This document shows, piece by piece, positions 48,200-57,618 of a stretch of 64,000 nt of DNA (position 1 is its first letter; each line of letters opens with the position of its first letter). This DNA is from Myxococcota bacterium (lineage in GTDB: Bacteria; Myxococcota_A; UBA9160; UBA6930). Both the position numbers and the translations under genes were made by a program. Location: NCBI GenBank assembly GCA_965223705.1, contig OZ245015.1:1280001-1344000 (forward strand), given 5' to 3'. The notes under the pieces are model-generated. The model ran no database searches and had not been told where the DNA came from. It worked only from the letters and a program-made list of their open reading frames with translations.

Positions 48200-49896
48200 T
48201 CTTCGTCCCCTCCGGCGCGCGCCTTCTTCGCACTCGCTTCGATATAGCGGCGGGAGATCGGTGAGAGATCGTCGCGCGGGATGGTGCACTCGATGAGCGC
48301 AAATTGGTGGGACGCGTGGGCCTCACGCAGCGCTTCGCGAAGCTCGCTCGCGTTCGACGCGCGCAGCCCGAGCCCGCCCCAGCCCGCCGCCATGTCCGCG
48401 TAAGGCCAGTTCGGGATCTCGAGCAGCTCCTGACGAGGCGTCACGGGACGGAAAATGCTCCAGCCCTCGTTGTTCACCAGCAGGACGATCGGGTTGAGGC
48501 CTCGCTTCGGAGCGTGAGAAATCTCGGCGCCGGTCATCTGGAAAGCGCCGTCTCCGCACAAGATGAGCGGTCTCCGGCCGGTCCCGATCTGCGCCCCGAT
48601 AGCCGCCGGGATGCCGAATCCCATCGACGCGTAGTAACCCTGGGCCATGTAGATCCCCGGCGAGGGCACCCGGATCTCGAGCCCGCCGAACAGCATGTCG
48701 CCGGCCTCCGCAATCACGTCGTAGCCCGGCGCTTCCGCCAGAAAATCATTGACGGTGACGAGCATGTCGTTGACCGAGAGGGGCTCTTCACCGGGCCGGT
48801 TTTTGCGCTCGAGGTTGTCGTGATACGTGACGCGCTCATTCCAGTGTGGGAGCGTTTCCTCTGCGAGGCCGCGCACGAAGTCACCGAGAGCGACCTCGGT
48901 GTACTGATGGAACGAGATGTTCACGCGCTCGCTCGCCGCCCAGATCGAGTGTTCTCGCGGAATTTGAGGCAGCGTTGCGCCGAGGTTCATGTCGGTGAGC
49001 TGGGTGCCGAGCGCCAGGATCAAGTCCGATGATGCGACGCGCTCCTCGATTTCGGGCGGGCTGAAGGGCCCCATGTAGATCCCCATGTGAAGCGGGTGAT
49101 CCATGGGAAAGACGCCGCGCGCCAGGACACTGGCCGAAACCGGCACACCGAGCTTTTCGGCGAGGCGGAGGAAGTCATCCTCCGCACGCTCGCGGAACAG
49201 CTCGACGCCTCCGATCAGCATGGGGCGCTTTGCTTCGCGAAGCCGGCTCGCCGCTTCTTGCACGGCTTCGGCGAGTTTGCGGTCGTCGGACACGGGACGG
49301 ATCCCGAGGTGCGTCTCGTCGCGAATGTCCCGGGGCACATCGATCTCGACATCCACCATGTCGCGATGAATTTCGAGGTAGCCCGGACGCCCCTCTCGGA
49401 GGATGGTGCCGATACTCGCGTGAATCTCGCGCGCGGCAGTCGCGGGTTCGTCGATGATCTTCGCGGTGCACGTCACTTCGTCGAAGACGCGGCACTGCCC
49501 TTCGATGTGCTTCGCCTGGTGGTGGACGCCGGCGATCTTCTGCTCGGCTTCGCCCGGACCACCCGAGACGACGAGCAGCGGCACTTGTTCGGCATAAGCG
49601 CCGGCAATCGAGTTCACGATGTTGTAGCCGCCCGCTCCGTAGGTCACGCAAACGACGCCGAGGCGTCGCGTACTGCGCGCGTAGCCGTCGGCGGCGAACC
49701 CGATCGCCGGTTCGTGGGAGAGGGTGACGATTTCGAGGTCGCGGTCTTGACCGAAGCGATGGAACAAGCCGAGGACGAGATCGCCGGGAAGTCCGAAGAG
49801 GTGCGTGACACCGAGTCTCCGCAAGTAGGCGACGAGAAAGTCCCCGAGCGACATGCGCGGAGCGAGGTCAGCGGCGCCGGCTCCCGGGTTTCCCAT
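48196..49896 (-). CDS. TPP-dependent alpha-keto acid decarboxylase (IpdC-like)
   Basis: FGLPGD, HEPAIGFAADGYAR, GDGAFQMTG...NNEGW; start 49896 or 49854. Confidence 0.88.
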   Translation of the reverse strand: MGNPGAGAADLAPRMSLGDFLVAYLRRLGVTHLFGLPGDLVLGLFHRFGQDRDLEIVTLSHEPAIGFAADGYARSTRRLGVVCVTYGAGGYNIVNSIAGAYAEQVPLLVVSGGPGEAEQKIAGVHHQAKHIEGQCRVFDEVTCTAKIIDEPATAAREIHASIGTILREGRPGYLEIHRDMVDVEIDVPRDIRDETHLGIRPVSDDRKLAEAVQEAASRLREAKRPMLIGGVELFRERAEDDFLRLAEKLGVPVSASVLARGVFPMDHPLHMGIYMGPFSPPEIEERVASSDLILALGTQLTDMNLGATLPQIPREHSIWAASERVNISFHQYTEVALGDFVRGLAEETLPHWNERVTYHDNLERKNRPGEEPLSVNDMLVTVNDFLAEAPGYDVIAEAGDMLFGGLEIRVPSPGIYMAQGYYASMGFGIPAAIGAQIGTGRRPLILCGDGAFQMTGAEISHAPKRGLNPIVLLVNNEGWSIFRPVTPRQELLEIPNWPYADMAAGWGGLGLRASNASELREALREAHASHQFALIECTIPRDDLSPISRRYIEASAKKARAGGDEE

Positions 49897-49901
49897 GCGA
49901 A

Positions 49902-50711
49902 CTAGTCGCCCCTTTTCCCGACGCGGGCGGGTTCGATCCCGTCGCGCAGGATCGAGACGGTCGGGCCTTGCGCGTAAAGCGGGATGCGATGGCCGATCCA
50001 ACCGTTCGGTTCCTTCGCTTCGAACCACACGGAGAACGTCGGCAAGAACGGCGAAGCCACGCGGCTGAAGAAGCCGAGGTCGATTGTGTACTGCACCTCG
50101 ATCACGCCACCGGTTCCCCGCGGTTTCTCGACAACCCGCGCCTTCGCGTCGATGATACGCGCGTCGGGACGACAGATCACGATCTGAAACGAGATGTGGT
50201 CGGTCTCTCCTTGGACCAGCGGCTGAAACAGGAGATGCAGTGGCACGTTCGCGATGCGATCGTCCTTGGGGAGGTCGATCTGCGTGCGTTGACCGTCTTT
50301 GTCGTGCGCCGCCGGCTCGCAGGTCGCAATGCCTTTTCGGTGATCGATGGTGAGAAGCCCGAGGGGGTTCCCATCGACGTCGACAGAACGGGACTCTTCG
50401 TAAACGGGACGCAACGTTCCGCTCTCGGTGGGCTCGAGTTTCACCGCGAAGCGCGTCGACGCGGACCCCTCGATCGCGCTCATCGCTTCGATGACGACCG
50501 TGCCATCCTCGGCGCGTCCGGCGCTGAACAGCGCGTCACCGAGTCGGATACCGGCGCCGTCGTAGGTGCCGGCGGTGACTTCGCCGAATTCGTTCATCAT
50601 CGGAAACTCGAAGGCGGACCCCGCCGAACCCGCCGTCGGCGCCGCGAACTGCAAAATCGCCGCGGCGAGTGCACACAGCAGTCGCACGGGGAAGTGGGCA
50701 GAGTCCGTCAC
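49902..50711 (-). CDS. Secreted hypothetical protein
   Basis: Signal-like N-terminus; GTG 50711 preceded by TAAGGT hexamer. Confidence 0.6.
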   Translation of the reverse strand: MTDSAHFPVRLLCALAAAILQFAAPTAGSAGSAFEFPMMNEFGEVTAGTYDGAGIRLGDALFSAGRAEDGTVVIEAMSAIEGSASTRFAVKLEPTESGTLRPVYEESRSVDVDGNPLGLLTIDHRKGIATCEPAAHDKDGQRTQIDLPKDDRIANVPLHLLFQPLVQGETDHISFQIVICRPDARIIDAKARVVEKPRGTGGVIEVQYTIDLGFFSRVASPFLPTFSVWFEAKEPNGWIGHRIPLYAQGPTVSILRDGIEPARVGKRGD

Positions 50712-50773
50712 GGCGCCAACCTTAGCGGAAATCATTGGGGCTCCGAGGTGGACGCGAGGAGCTCGAGAAAGAT

Positions 50774-51670
50774 TCATCGAGGCAGGATGCGATACACGGC
50801 GTTCGCGAAGTCGTCCGATACATACACCGCCCCGCGTGCTCCCTCGACGACGTCGACCGGACGTCCGACCACGTCACCGTCCTTGAGAAACCCCCAAACG
50901 AAATCCCGTTCGACGATGCTGCCGTCTTCTTGCCAGTGAAGCGCGGAAACCTTGTACCCGGCCTTGCGGCTGCGGTTCCAGGACCCATGAAGTGCAACGA
51001 GTGCGGCACCGCGGTAGGCCGGCGGCCCGGTGGGTCCGATGAAAGTGAGGCCCAGCGGCGCTTGATGGGCGCCGAAGCCGTGGACGGGGTCGACCGCCGC
51101 TTCGCAAGGGGGAAAATCGTCACCCAGATGATCTCGGCCGTTGTCCGTCGCGAACAGGACGCGCAGCGTCCGTGTCCAGTGGTTTCCGCCCGCCGGTAGA
51201 TCGTCTCGCAGATGATCGTAGTCGCCGTGGAGTTCGCGGGAGTCGACGTCGAAGCGGATGCGCCCGATCGCGTGCGCCTCCGCGACGTAGAGCCACCCGC
51301 CGTGAATGTCGAGTCCGTGAGGGCGTCGCAGGCCGCCGAGCAACACCCGCGCCCCGTCGGGCTCACCGCTGCCATCCTCGTCCGCCTCGAGAAGCACGAT
51401 CTCGCACGAGCCGGGAGAGCTCACCAACAGGTCGCCGCGCGAGGTCGGGCGCATCATTCGGGCGCCTCGAACCTCGGCGTAGTGGGCGATGGTGAACTCT
51501 GGAGGGACCCGGATCCGGCCTTCCCGGACCGCCTGCCTCGCGGATTCCGCATTCGCGGGCGTGGGCAGCGGTAAATTCACCTCATAGCCGCTCGGCACCC
51601 AGCTCGGGTAGGTCCCGACGAGGATCGCGACAACGATCAGGACGACCCCGGCGAGCAGACGACGGCGCAT
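50774..51670 (-). CDS. Sorbosone/PQQ-dependent sugar dehydrogenase family, with apparent internal in-frame deletions
   Basis: PHGL, GGNHWTRT, TDNGRD.LGDD.PP.E, AH.APLG, HGSWNR, GRPVDV, SDD motifs, but the usual middle segments are absent. Confidence 0.7.
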   Translation of the reverse strand: MRRRLLAGVVLIVVAILVGTYPSWVPSGYEVNLPLPTPANAESARQAVREGRIRVPPEFTIAHYAEVRGARMMRPTSRGDLLVSSPGSCEIVLLEADEDGSGEPDGARVLLGGLRRPHGLDIHGGWLYVAEAHAIGRIRFDVDSRELHGDYDHLRDDLPAGGNHWTRTLRVLFATDNGRDHLGDDFPPCEAAVDPVHGFGAHQAPLGLTFIGPTGPPAYRGAALVALHGSWNRSRKAGYKVSALHWQEDGSIVERDFVWGFLKDGDVVGRPVDVVEGARGAVYVSDDFANAVYRILPR

Positions 51671-51745
51671 GGGCGGAGGATACCCACTGAGGGTTGACGG
51701 CGGCGCGCCGGCGAGGCACCTATACGCGCTCCAGGGAGACCGTTC

Positions 51746-52081
51746 ATGGCACAGCGCATCCGTAAGGGAGATCTCGTCGAGGTGATCTCCGGAGCCGACC
51801 GAGGCAAGCAGGGCCGCGTCACCGAGGTGCGGGGCGCCGACCGGAAGGTTCGCGTCGAGGGCGTGCGCGTCCAGAAGCGGCACTTGAAACCCGGACGCGG
51901 AGGCGCTCGCGCCGGCGGCATCGTCGACCGCGAAGGGTTCGTCGACGCGTCGACCGTCATGCTCGTCGATCCCAGCGACAACAAGCCGAGTCGCACACGT
52001 GTCGAAGAGCGCGACGGGCGGCGGGTGCGCGTTTTCGTCCGCAGCGGTGGGACGGTTCCCGAGCCCACCGTCGCCCCGTAA
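51746..52081 (+). CDS. rplX: 50S ribosomal protein L24
   Basis: IRKGDLVEVISGADRGKQG (KOW), VEGV...KRH.KP, GGIVDRE. Confidence 0.9.
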   Translation: MAQRIRKGDLVEVISGADRGKQGRVTEVRGADRKVRVEGVRVQKRHLKPGRGGARAGGIVDREGFVDASTVMLVDPSDNKPSRTRVEERDGRRVRVFVRSGGTVPEPTVAP

Positions 52082-52090
52082 GGAGTCTCC

Positions 52091-52261
52091 ATGGCGAAAA
52101 AAGGCAAGCGCGAAAAGATCAAGCTCGAGTCGACAGCCGGTACGGGCCATTTCTATACGACGACCAAGAACAAAACGAACACGCCCGACAAACTGGAATT
52201 CAAGAAGTACGACCCGGTCGCGCGCAAACACGTCGTCTACAAAGAAACGAAACTGAAGTAA
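52091..52261 (+). CDS. rpmG: 50S ribosomal protein L33, Cys-free form (not in the ORF track)
   Basis: AGGAG Shine-Dalgarno; [56 protein letters not shown]. Confidence 0.96.
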   Translation: MAKKGKREKIKLESTAGTGHFYTTTKNKTNTPDKLEFKKYDPVARKHVVYKETKLK

Positions 52262-52316
52262 CTCGCCTTCTTCCCGCGGGGGTGTGCCCGCGAAATGGAG
52301 GGGGTAGCGTCGCCGC

Positions 52317-52967
52317 ATGGGCCGCAGTAGCGACGCGCGCGAACGACTCCTGCAAGCTGCGTGTGAATTGTTTCACGAGCGCGGCTACCGCGGTGTCGGC
52401 GTGCAGGAGCTCTGCGACCAAGCGGGAGTGAAGAAGGGCAGCTTCTATCACTTCTTCCCGTCGAAGCAGGACTTGGCCTTGGCCATGCTCGAAAGGCTTT
52501 GGCGAACGACCCGAGAAAAGCAGTTCGAACCCGCGTTCGCTCGCGACGTGTTGCCCCTCGCGCGAATCGCGCGTTTCTTTTCGCAGCTCGGTCGCCACTT
52601 GTTGGAGTCGGTGACAGACGACGGCGCCATTTGCGGGTGCCCCTTCGGCAATATCGCCATGGAGATGTCCGCCCAGGATCCCGTTTTGCGGGAAGCCGTC
52701 GAAGAGATCTACCGCGCATGGGCGGGCTACTTCGAAAGGACGTTGGCCGAAGCGCAGGCGATCGGTGAGCTCGGTGACCTCGACGTCGAGGCCGCGGCAC
52801 AGAGCCTCGTCGCCTTTACTTCCGGGCTCGTGCTCCTCGCGAAGACGAAGAACACCGTCGATATCGTCGAGACGCTGGCCGCCCGGGCGCTGGCCTTGCT
52901 CGGCGTACACCCCGACGAGTACCAGGCTCGCCACGCGCCGGCTCAGGCACCCGTCGCGGCGCTTTAG
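52317..52967 (+). CDS. TetR family regulator
   Basis: LFHERGY, GVKKGSFYHFFPSKQDL, GCPFGN. Confidence 0.92.
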   Translation: MGRSSDARERLLQAACELFHERGYRGVGVQELCDQAGVKKGSFYHFFPSKQDLALAMLERLWRTTREKQFEPAFARDVLPLARIARFFSQLGRHLLESVTDDGAICGCPFGNIAMEMSAQDPVLREAVEEIYRAWAGYFERTLAEAQAIGELGDLDVEAAAQSLVAFTSGLVLLAKTKNTVDIVETLAARALALLGVHPDEYQARHAPAQAPVAAL

Positions 52968-53101
52968 ACCGCCGCCTCGTCGAACGCGCGCCGGAGCGCT
53001 CTAAACCGCCGCCTCGTCAAACGCGCGCCGGAGCGCTCTAAACCGCCGCCTCGTCAAACGCGCGCCGGAGCGCTCTAAACCGCCGCCTCGTCAAACGCGC
53101 G
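52959..53101. repeat. 37-bp tandem repeat (3 full copies plus a partial) between convergent TetR and aroE
   Basis: Unit CTAAACCGCCGCCTCGTCAAACGCGCGCCGGAGCGCT at 52964 (3 mismatches), 53001, 53038, and partial at 53075. Confidence 0.95.
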
Positions 53102-53908
53102 GGCCATCACGTCCGCCGGGGCGTCGAGGCCCGTCCACAAGCGAATCTGCTCGACGGCCTGGGCGACAAGCATCCACTTGCCACCCACCGTCCGAGCCCC
53201 GCGACGACGCGCGTTTCGCAAGAGCCGGGTGTCTTCCGGAGCGTAGACCGCGTCGAGGACCACGGCGTTCTCCGGGGTGGCGTCGTCGGGGATCGGTGAT
53301 TCGTCGCTTCCCATGCCGACACTCGTCGTATTGACCAACACGTCGAATGCCACGTCGCGGATGTCGTCCAGTGCGCCGCTGCTTCCGGCGCCGAGCGCCG
53401 TGCACAGCGCTGCCGCGCGCGACGGGTTGCGGTTCAGGACCGTGACGCTCGCGCCCGCGCGCAACAAGGCGAAGGTCACCGCGCGAGCCGTTCCGCCCGC
53501 CCCCAATACGACGGCCCGCTTGCCATCGAGCTCCGTCTCGCGCTCGAGTGCCCGCAGTGCGCCGATCCAATCGGTGTTTGCCCCGCGCAGCGTTCCCTCG
53601 TGGAGCGTCACGGTATTCAAGGCACCGATCGCCTCCGCGGTGTCGTCCAGGGTGTCGACCAGCGCGAGGGCCGCTTCCTTGTGAGGTACCGAGACGGCGA
53701 GCTGACGGAACCCGAGCGCAAGCGCGCCTCGGAAAGCGGCCTCGAGTGCGTCCGGAGCCACGTCGAACGCGAGGTAGCGCGCGTCGATGCCGAGCACTTC
53801 GAACGCGGCGTTGTGCATCGCCGGCGAGCGCGTGTGGCCCGAGGGGTGAAGCACGATGCCGCAGAGTTGCGTGGCGGGAGAAAGCGGAGGTTGGGCGATA
53901 CGGGTCAC
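53075..53908 (-). CDS. aroE: Shikimate dehydrogenase
   Basis: HTRSPAMHNAAF, VPHKE, GALNT, NTDWIG, GAGGTARA, NTTSVGM. Confidence 0.93.
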   Translation of the reverse strand: MTRIAQPPLSPATQLCGIVLHPSGHTRSPAMHNAAFEVLGIDARYLAFDVAPDALEAAFRGALALGFRQLAVSVPHKEAALALVDTLDDTAEAIGALNTVTLHEGTLRGANTDWIGALRALERETELDGKRAVVLGAGGTARAVTFALLRAGASVTVLNRNPSRAAALCTALGAGSSGALDDIRDVAFDVLVNTTSVGMGSDESPIPDDATPENAVVLDAVYAPEDTRLLRNARRRGARTVGGKWMLVAQAVEQIRLWTGLDAPADVMARAFDEAAV

Positions 53909-54000
53909 ATCGAGCAGGCTACCCTATCGGCGACCGATCACAGTACACTCCGCCGCAGGCTTCGCGCCTTTCACAACACCACTGAGGGAGAGGGTTTCCG

Positions 54001-54486
54001 TTGTCCGATTCGTCCGCTCGAGTTGCCGTCTTGATGGGAAGCAAAAACGATTTCGAGATCATGCGCGCCGCGCCCGACACGCTCGACGCACTGGGCATCG
54101 CGAGCGACGTCCGTGTGATTTCGGCTCACCGGACGCCGGAACGGCTGACCGCTTTCTTGGCCACCGCAGAAGAAGAGGGGATCGAGGTCGTCATCTGCGG
54201 CGCGGGTAGCGCAGCGCACTTGGCCGGTGTCACGGCGGCCCACACGCTATTGCCCGTACTCGGCGTCCCGATCGAAAGCTCTCCGCTAAACGGCCTCGAC
54301 GCTCTCCTCGCAACCGTGCAGATGCCCGGCGGGATCCCGGTCGGGACCCTTGCGATCGGTAAGTCCGGAGCCAAGAACGCGGCCCTACTCGCCGCCGCCA
54401 TTATCGCGCGCAAGGACCCCGAGGTTCGAGAGCGCTTGGTGAAATTCCGAGAAGAACAATCCGCGGCGGTCCCCGAGCGTCCCTAA
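54001..54486 (+). CDS. purE: N5-CAIR mutase
   Basis: MGSKND, SAHRTP, AGSAAHLAG, QMPGGIPV. Confidence 0.95.
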   Translation: MSDSSARVAVLMGSKNDFEIMRAAPDTLDALGIASDVRVISAHRTPERLTAFLATAEEEGIEVVICGAGSAAHLAGVTAAHTLLPVLGVPIESSPLNGLDALLATVQMPGGIPVGTLAIGKSGAKNAALLAAAIIARKDPEVRERLVKFREEQSAAVPERP

Positions 54487-54494
54487 GCGGCCGC

Positions 54495-54773
54495 TCAATC
54501 CGCGCGCGGCCTCCGCAGATCGGCGAGGCGCAACACCGCGCCGGCGACCATGAGCCCCGCCGCCGCCGGGAATCCGTACTGGAGAATCCAGTCGGGAGCC
54601 GGGGCATCCGGGCTCCCGCGCTCCTCTCTCGCGGCCGGGTCGTCCCAGGGCTCGGACGCACCGAGTTCGACCTGCTCGGTGGTGTCGAAGAGGCCGCCGC
54701 GCGCCACGATCGCCGTACCCATAACGATTGTCAGGAGCAGGCCCGTGACGAAGCAAAGCGTGGAAGCGCGCAT
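54495..54773 (-). CDS. Small two-TM hypothetical protein
   Basis: ATG 54773 (MRASTLCFVTGLLL); hydrophobic ends around an acidic loop. Confidence 0.55.
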   Translation of the reverse strand: MRASTLCFVTGLLLTIVMGTAIVARGGLFDTTEQVELGASEPWDDPAAREERGSPDAPAPDWILQYGFPAAAGLMVAGAVLRLADLRRPRAD

Positions 54774-54790
54774 CGGAACCCCTGTTCGAG

Positions 54791-55510
54791 CTAGCTGCGG
54801 GTTCGCTCGAGGGCCGCTTTGAGGTCTTCCCAGACCAGGCGGCGATTTTCCTCGGTGTACTGACGCAAGATGAAGGCGGGGTGGAGCGTCGGCATCACCG
54901 GAATGTCCGCATAGGTGTGCCAGGTCCCGCGTACTTTCGTGATCGCGATATCTCGTCCAAGCAGCAGGCTCGAGGCCGGCTTCCCCAGCGTGACGATTAC
55001 CTTGGGCGCAACCGCCTCGATCTGTCCGTCGAGAAATCCGCGACAGGTGCTGACTTCGTCCGCGAGGGGCGTGCGGTTCTTCGGCGGCCGACACTTGACG
55101 ATGTTGCAGATGTAGACGTCGCCGCGGGAAATCCCGAGGCCCTTCTCGATCATTCGCGTCAGGAGCTCGCCCGCCCGCCCCACGAACGGCACGCCGCGCA
55201 GGTCTTCCTGTTCGCCCGGGCCTTCGCCGACAAACATGAGATCCGCGTTCGGGTTCCCGTCTCCAAAGACGATTTGCGTGCGGGCTTCGTGCAGCCTGCA
55301 TCGCGTGCAGTCCCCGATTTCGGCACGAACGTCATCGAGCGACCGTTCCGTCGCGCGTTTCAGAGCGAGGGATGGCTGGTCAGACGCTTCGGGAGTCGGG
55401 GGAGGCGTCGGCGCTCGGCGGATGGTTCCTTCGAAGCCTTCCTCGACGAGCTCGCCGACGAAGGCGCGCGCCGCGTCGAGGAGATCGCGTTGTTCGGCCG
55501 AGCGGTTCAG
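54791..55510 (-). CDS. Uracil-DNA glycosylase family 4 (Fe-S), probable CTG start
   Basis: CTRCRL, VFGDG, GEGPG, PFVGRAG, KCRPP.NR, HPA; frame stays open 91 codons above the track's ATG. Confidence 0.85.
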   Translation of the reverse strand: MNRSAEQRDLLDAARAFVGELVEEGFEGTIRRAPTPPPTPEASDQPSLALKRATERSLDDVRAEIGDCTRCRLHEARTQIVFGDGNPNADLMFVGEGPGEQEDLRGVPFVGRAGELLTRMIEKGLGISRGDVYICNIVKCRPPKNRTPLADEVSTCRGFLDGQIEAVAPKVIVTLGKPASSLLLGRDIAITKVRGTWHTYADIPVMPTLHPAFILRQYTEENRRLVWEDLKAALERTRS

Positions 55511-57510
55511 GGACGTTCTCCGTCGAGCTGGCGGAAAGCGTGCTCGATGGTTTGGTCGACGGAAGCCGGCGGATCGAGCCGCGCACTTCCGACCGTACCG
55601 TGCCGCTGATGCTCGATCTTTTCTTCGACCTCGAACTCGAAGCCGGGATCATTGGCGTCGTCGTGGCACCCGCCGCAGATCTGGAGAATCACACACGAGT
55701 CGCACTTGTCGGTGAGCGCGAGAATGGTGCCCTTCTTCGCCGCTTCCGGAGGGACGTGGTCACCACCGGGGCCGTGACACGATTCGCACCCGACGCGCGC
55801 GAGGTCCGGATGATCGGCCATGCTGCCGTTCGCAGGGAAGCCTCCGGCCTTGTCGTACGCTGTCGTGTGACAGCTGACACACGCGGCGTTGCCTTCTTCG
55901 CCTCGGCTCACAAGCGTTTCAAAAGCCTTCGCGTGTGGATGCTTCGCCCACGTGTCGAACTCCGCTGCGTGGCACGACTGGCACGCGTCTGAGCCCACGT
56001 AGTCCGCCTTGGTCGGAAGCAGGGCCGCTCGCGTTTCGCGGCGCTTCGCGATGAGCGCTTTCTTTTCTTCCACGGAAAGTGCCGCGAACGCCGCGTTTGC
56101 CGCGTGGGATACTTTCGGCACAAAGCTCGTGTAGTCGAAACCGAGGGAGTGCTTCGTGTCGTGGCACGTTACGCACACCGGCGCGTAGTTGTTGTTCTCG
56201 ACGAAGTCCTTCGAAAGATGCGGGCCGCCCCGCCCGTGGCAGCTTTCGCAACCGACGTCTTCGAGGCCCGGGTTCGGGCGATCGAGCGAGTACCCTCCCG
56301 TTTCTCCGTATCCCACCACGTGGCATCCCACGCACTCGGGGTCGGTCTCCGCGCCGTGCTTCACCAACGTGTCGTAGGCGGAAGCGTGGTTGGTGAGCAG
56401 CCACGTGTCGTGCTGCTGTTCGTGGCAGGTGACGCAAATCTCGTTGCCGCTGTAGCCCTTTCCGTTGAGGAGCATCGGGACGCGTCGGCCTGAGACCTGC
56501 GCGAGACGCATCTTCTGCAACGCCGGTTCGCGGTGATGGCGCCAACCTTCGACCCGTGAGTGGATGCGGCCCTCGGCGTCGATCAGAAACGACGTCGGCA
56601 CCGAGGAGAGTCCGCCGAACGCCTCGCGGATCTTGCCGTCGGGATCTCCGTAGGGGGAGAAGAAACGGATTCCCTCGCTCGCGAGGGAGGCCTCCACCGC
56701 GCTCCGGTCCGATCGAAGCGACAGGCCGACGAACAGCGGGCGCCCGTCTTCGGGAAGGTTTTCGAACTCTTCCTGGTAGAAGCGCAAAGCCTCGTGGCAG
56801 TGCGGACACGTGTGGAGAAAAAACACGAGCAAGACCGGTCGGCCTTTCGCTTTGGCGAGCTCGAACGTCGTTTTGCCGTCGAGGGTCTTGGCCGTGAAGT
56901 CCGGGGCGGCCGGTTTCGCTTCGAGGCCCGCAGCCCCGAACGCTTCTTCTTGCGGAAGCCGGAGCCAGTCGCGCATGACTCTCGCGATACCGGCCTTCGC
57001 CTTGTCCGCGGGCTGTCCGCCCGTCTGGATCGGCCCGCCGCGCTGCATGACGCCTTTCGCGTCCGCGAGGAAGAGGGCCGCGGGTTGTGTCGCACCCAGT
57101 TTCCTCGCGAGCGCGAGTTCGTTGTCCTCGAAAACGGGGAAATCAAAAGCGAGCTCTTCCGCGAGCATGTAGGCAGCGCCGCCGCCGCGGGCGACGCCGA
57201 CGATCTCGAAATTGTGCTCGGATCGGTACGGTGCGATCTCGCCGATCGCCGCCGCCGCCGCTTTTCCATCGGAGTGCTTCGCGTCGAACACGAGAATCAG
57301 GAGGCGCTTGCCCATCAGACTCGAAATGGAGAGCGACTGCCCGTCCAGGGTCGCGCCGGTGTGAGCGGGGAGCAGTCGGTTTGATTTCGCGCCGCCCGCC
57401 GCGAAAGCGAGGAGTGCCAAGCCCTGTAGCAAGACCACGGCGAGCGCCAGTCGAAATCGCCCGCGAGAGTTGGCAGCGCCACCCCGTCGGCCGTGTCGGG
57501 ACTCAGTCAA
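55507..57510 (-). CDS. Two redoxin-fold domains fused to an octaheme c-type cytochrome
   Basis: Signal peptide, [11 protein letters not shown]...TCPHC...[11 protein letters not shown], then eight CxxCH motifs in two similar 4-heme blocks. Confidence 0.82.
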   Translation of the reverse strand: MTESRHGRRGGAANSRGRFRLALAVVLLQGLALLAFAAGGAKSNRLLPAHTGATLDGQSLSISSLMGKRLLILVFDAKHSDGKAAAAAIGEIAPYRSEHNFEIVGVARGGGAAYMLAEELAFDFPVFEDNELALARKLGATQPAALFLADAKGVMQRGGPIQTGGQPADKAKAGIARVMRDWLRLPQEEAFGAAGLEAKPAAPDFTAKTLDGKTTFELAKAKGRPVLLVFFLHTCPHCHEALRFYQEEFENLPEDGRPLFVGLSLRSDRSAVEASLASEGIRFFSPYGDPDGKIREAFGGLSSVPTSFLIDAEGRIHSRVEGWRHHREPALQKMRLAQVSGRRVPMLLNGKGYSGNEICVTCHEQQHDTWLLTNHASAYDTLVKHGAETDPECVGCHVVGYGETGGYSLDRPNPGLEDVGCESCHGRGGPHLSKDFVENNNYAPVCVTCHDTKHSLGFDYTSFVPKVSHAANAAFAALSVEEKKALIAKRRETRAALLPTKADYVGSDACQSCHAAEFDTWAKHPHAKAFETLVSRGEEGNAACVSCHTTAYDKAGGFPANGSMADHPDLARVGCESCHGPGGDHVPPEAAKKGTILALTDKCDSCVILQICGGCHDDANDPGFEFEVEEKIEHQRHGTVGSARLDPPASVDQTIEHAFRQLDGERP

Positions 57511-57618
57511 ACCAGTTGCCCTCCCATCCCCGCGGAGCGTAACGGAGCGGATTCGGCCTCGCCCGGCGAGAACGTTGGCGTAGAGATCACCGCGCTCCGC
57601 CGTCCAGTTGGCGTGGAG

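Noticed and set aside
52275..52292. Intrinsic terminator after rpmG (CGCGGG...CCCGCG)
   Set aside because: A hairpin is possible but there is no U-tract, so support is too weak
51671..52318. N-terminal extension of the 514-aa ORF 50774-52318
   Set aside because: This part is the antisense of rplX-rpmG; the real start is ATG 51670
52959..53101. CRISPR array (37-bp repeats)
   Set aside because: Units are directly adjacent with no unique spacers, derive from gene ends, and no cas genes are present
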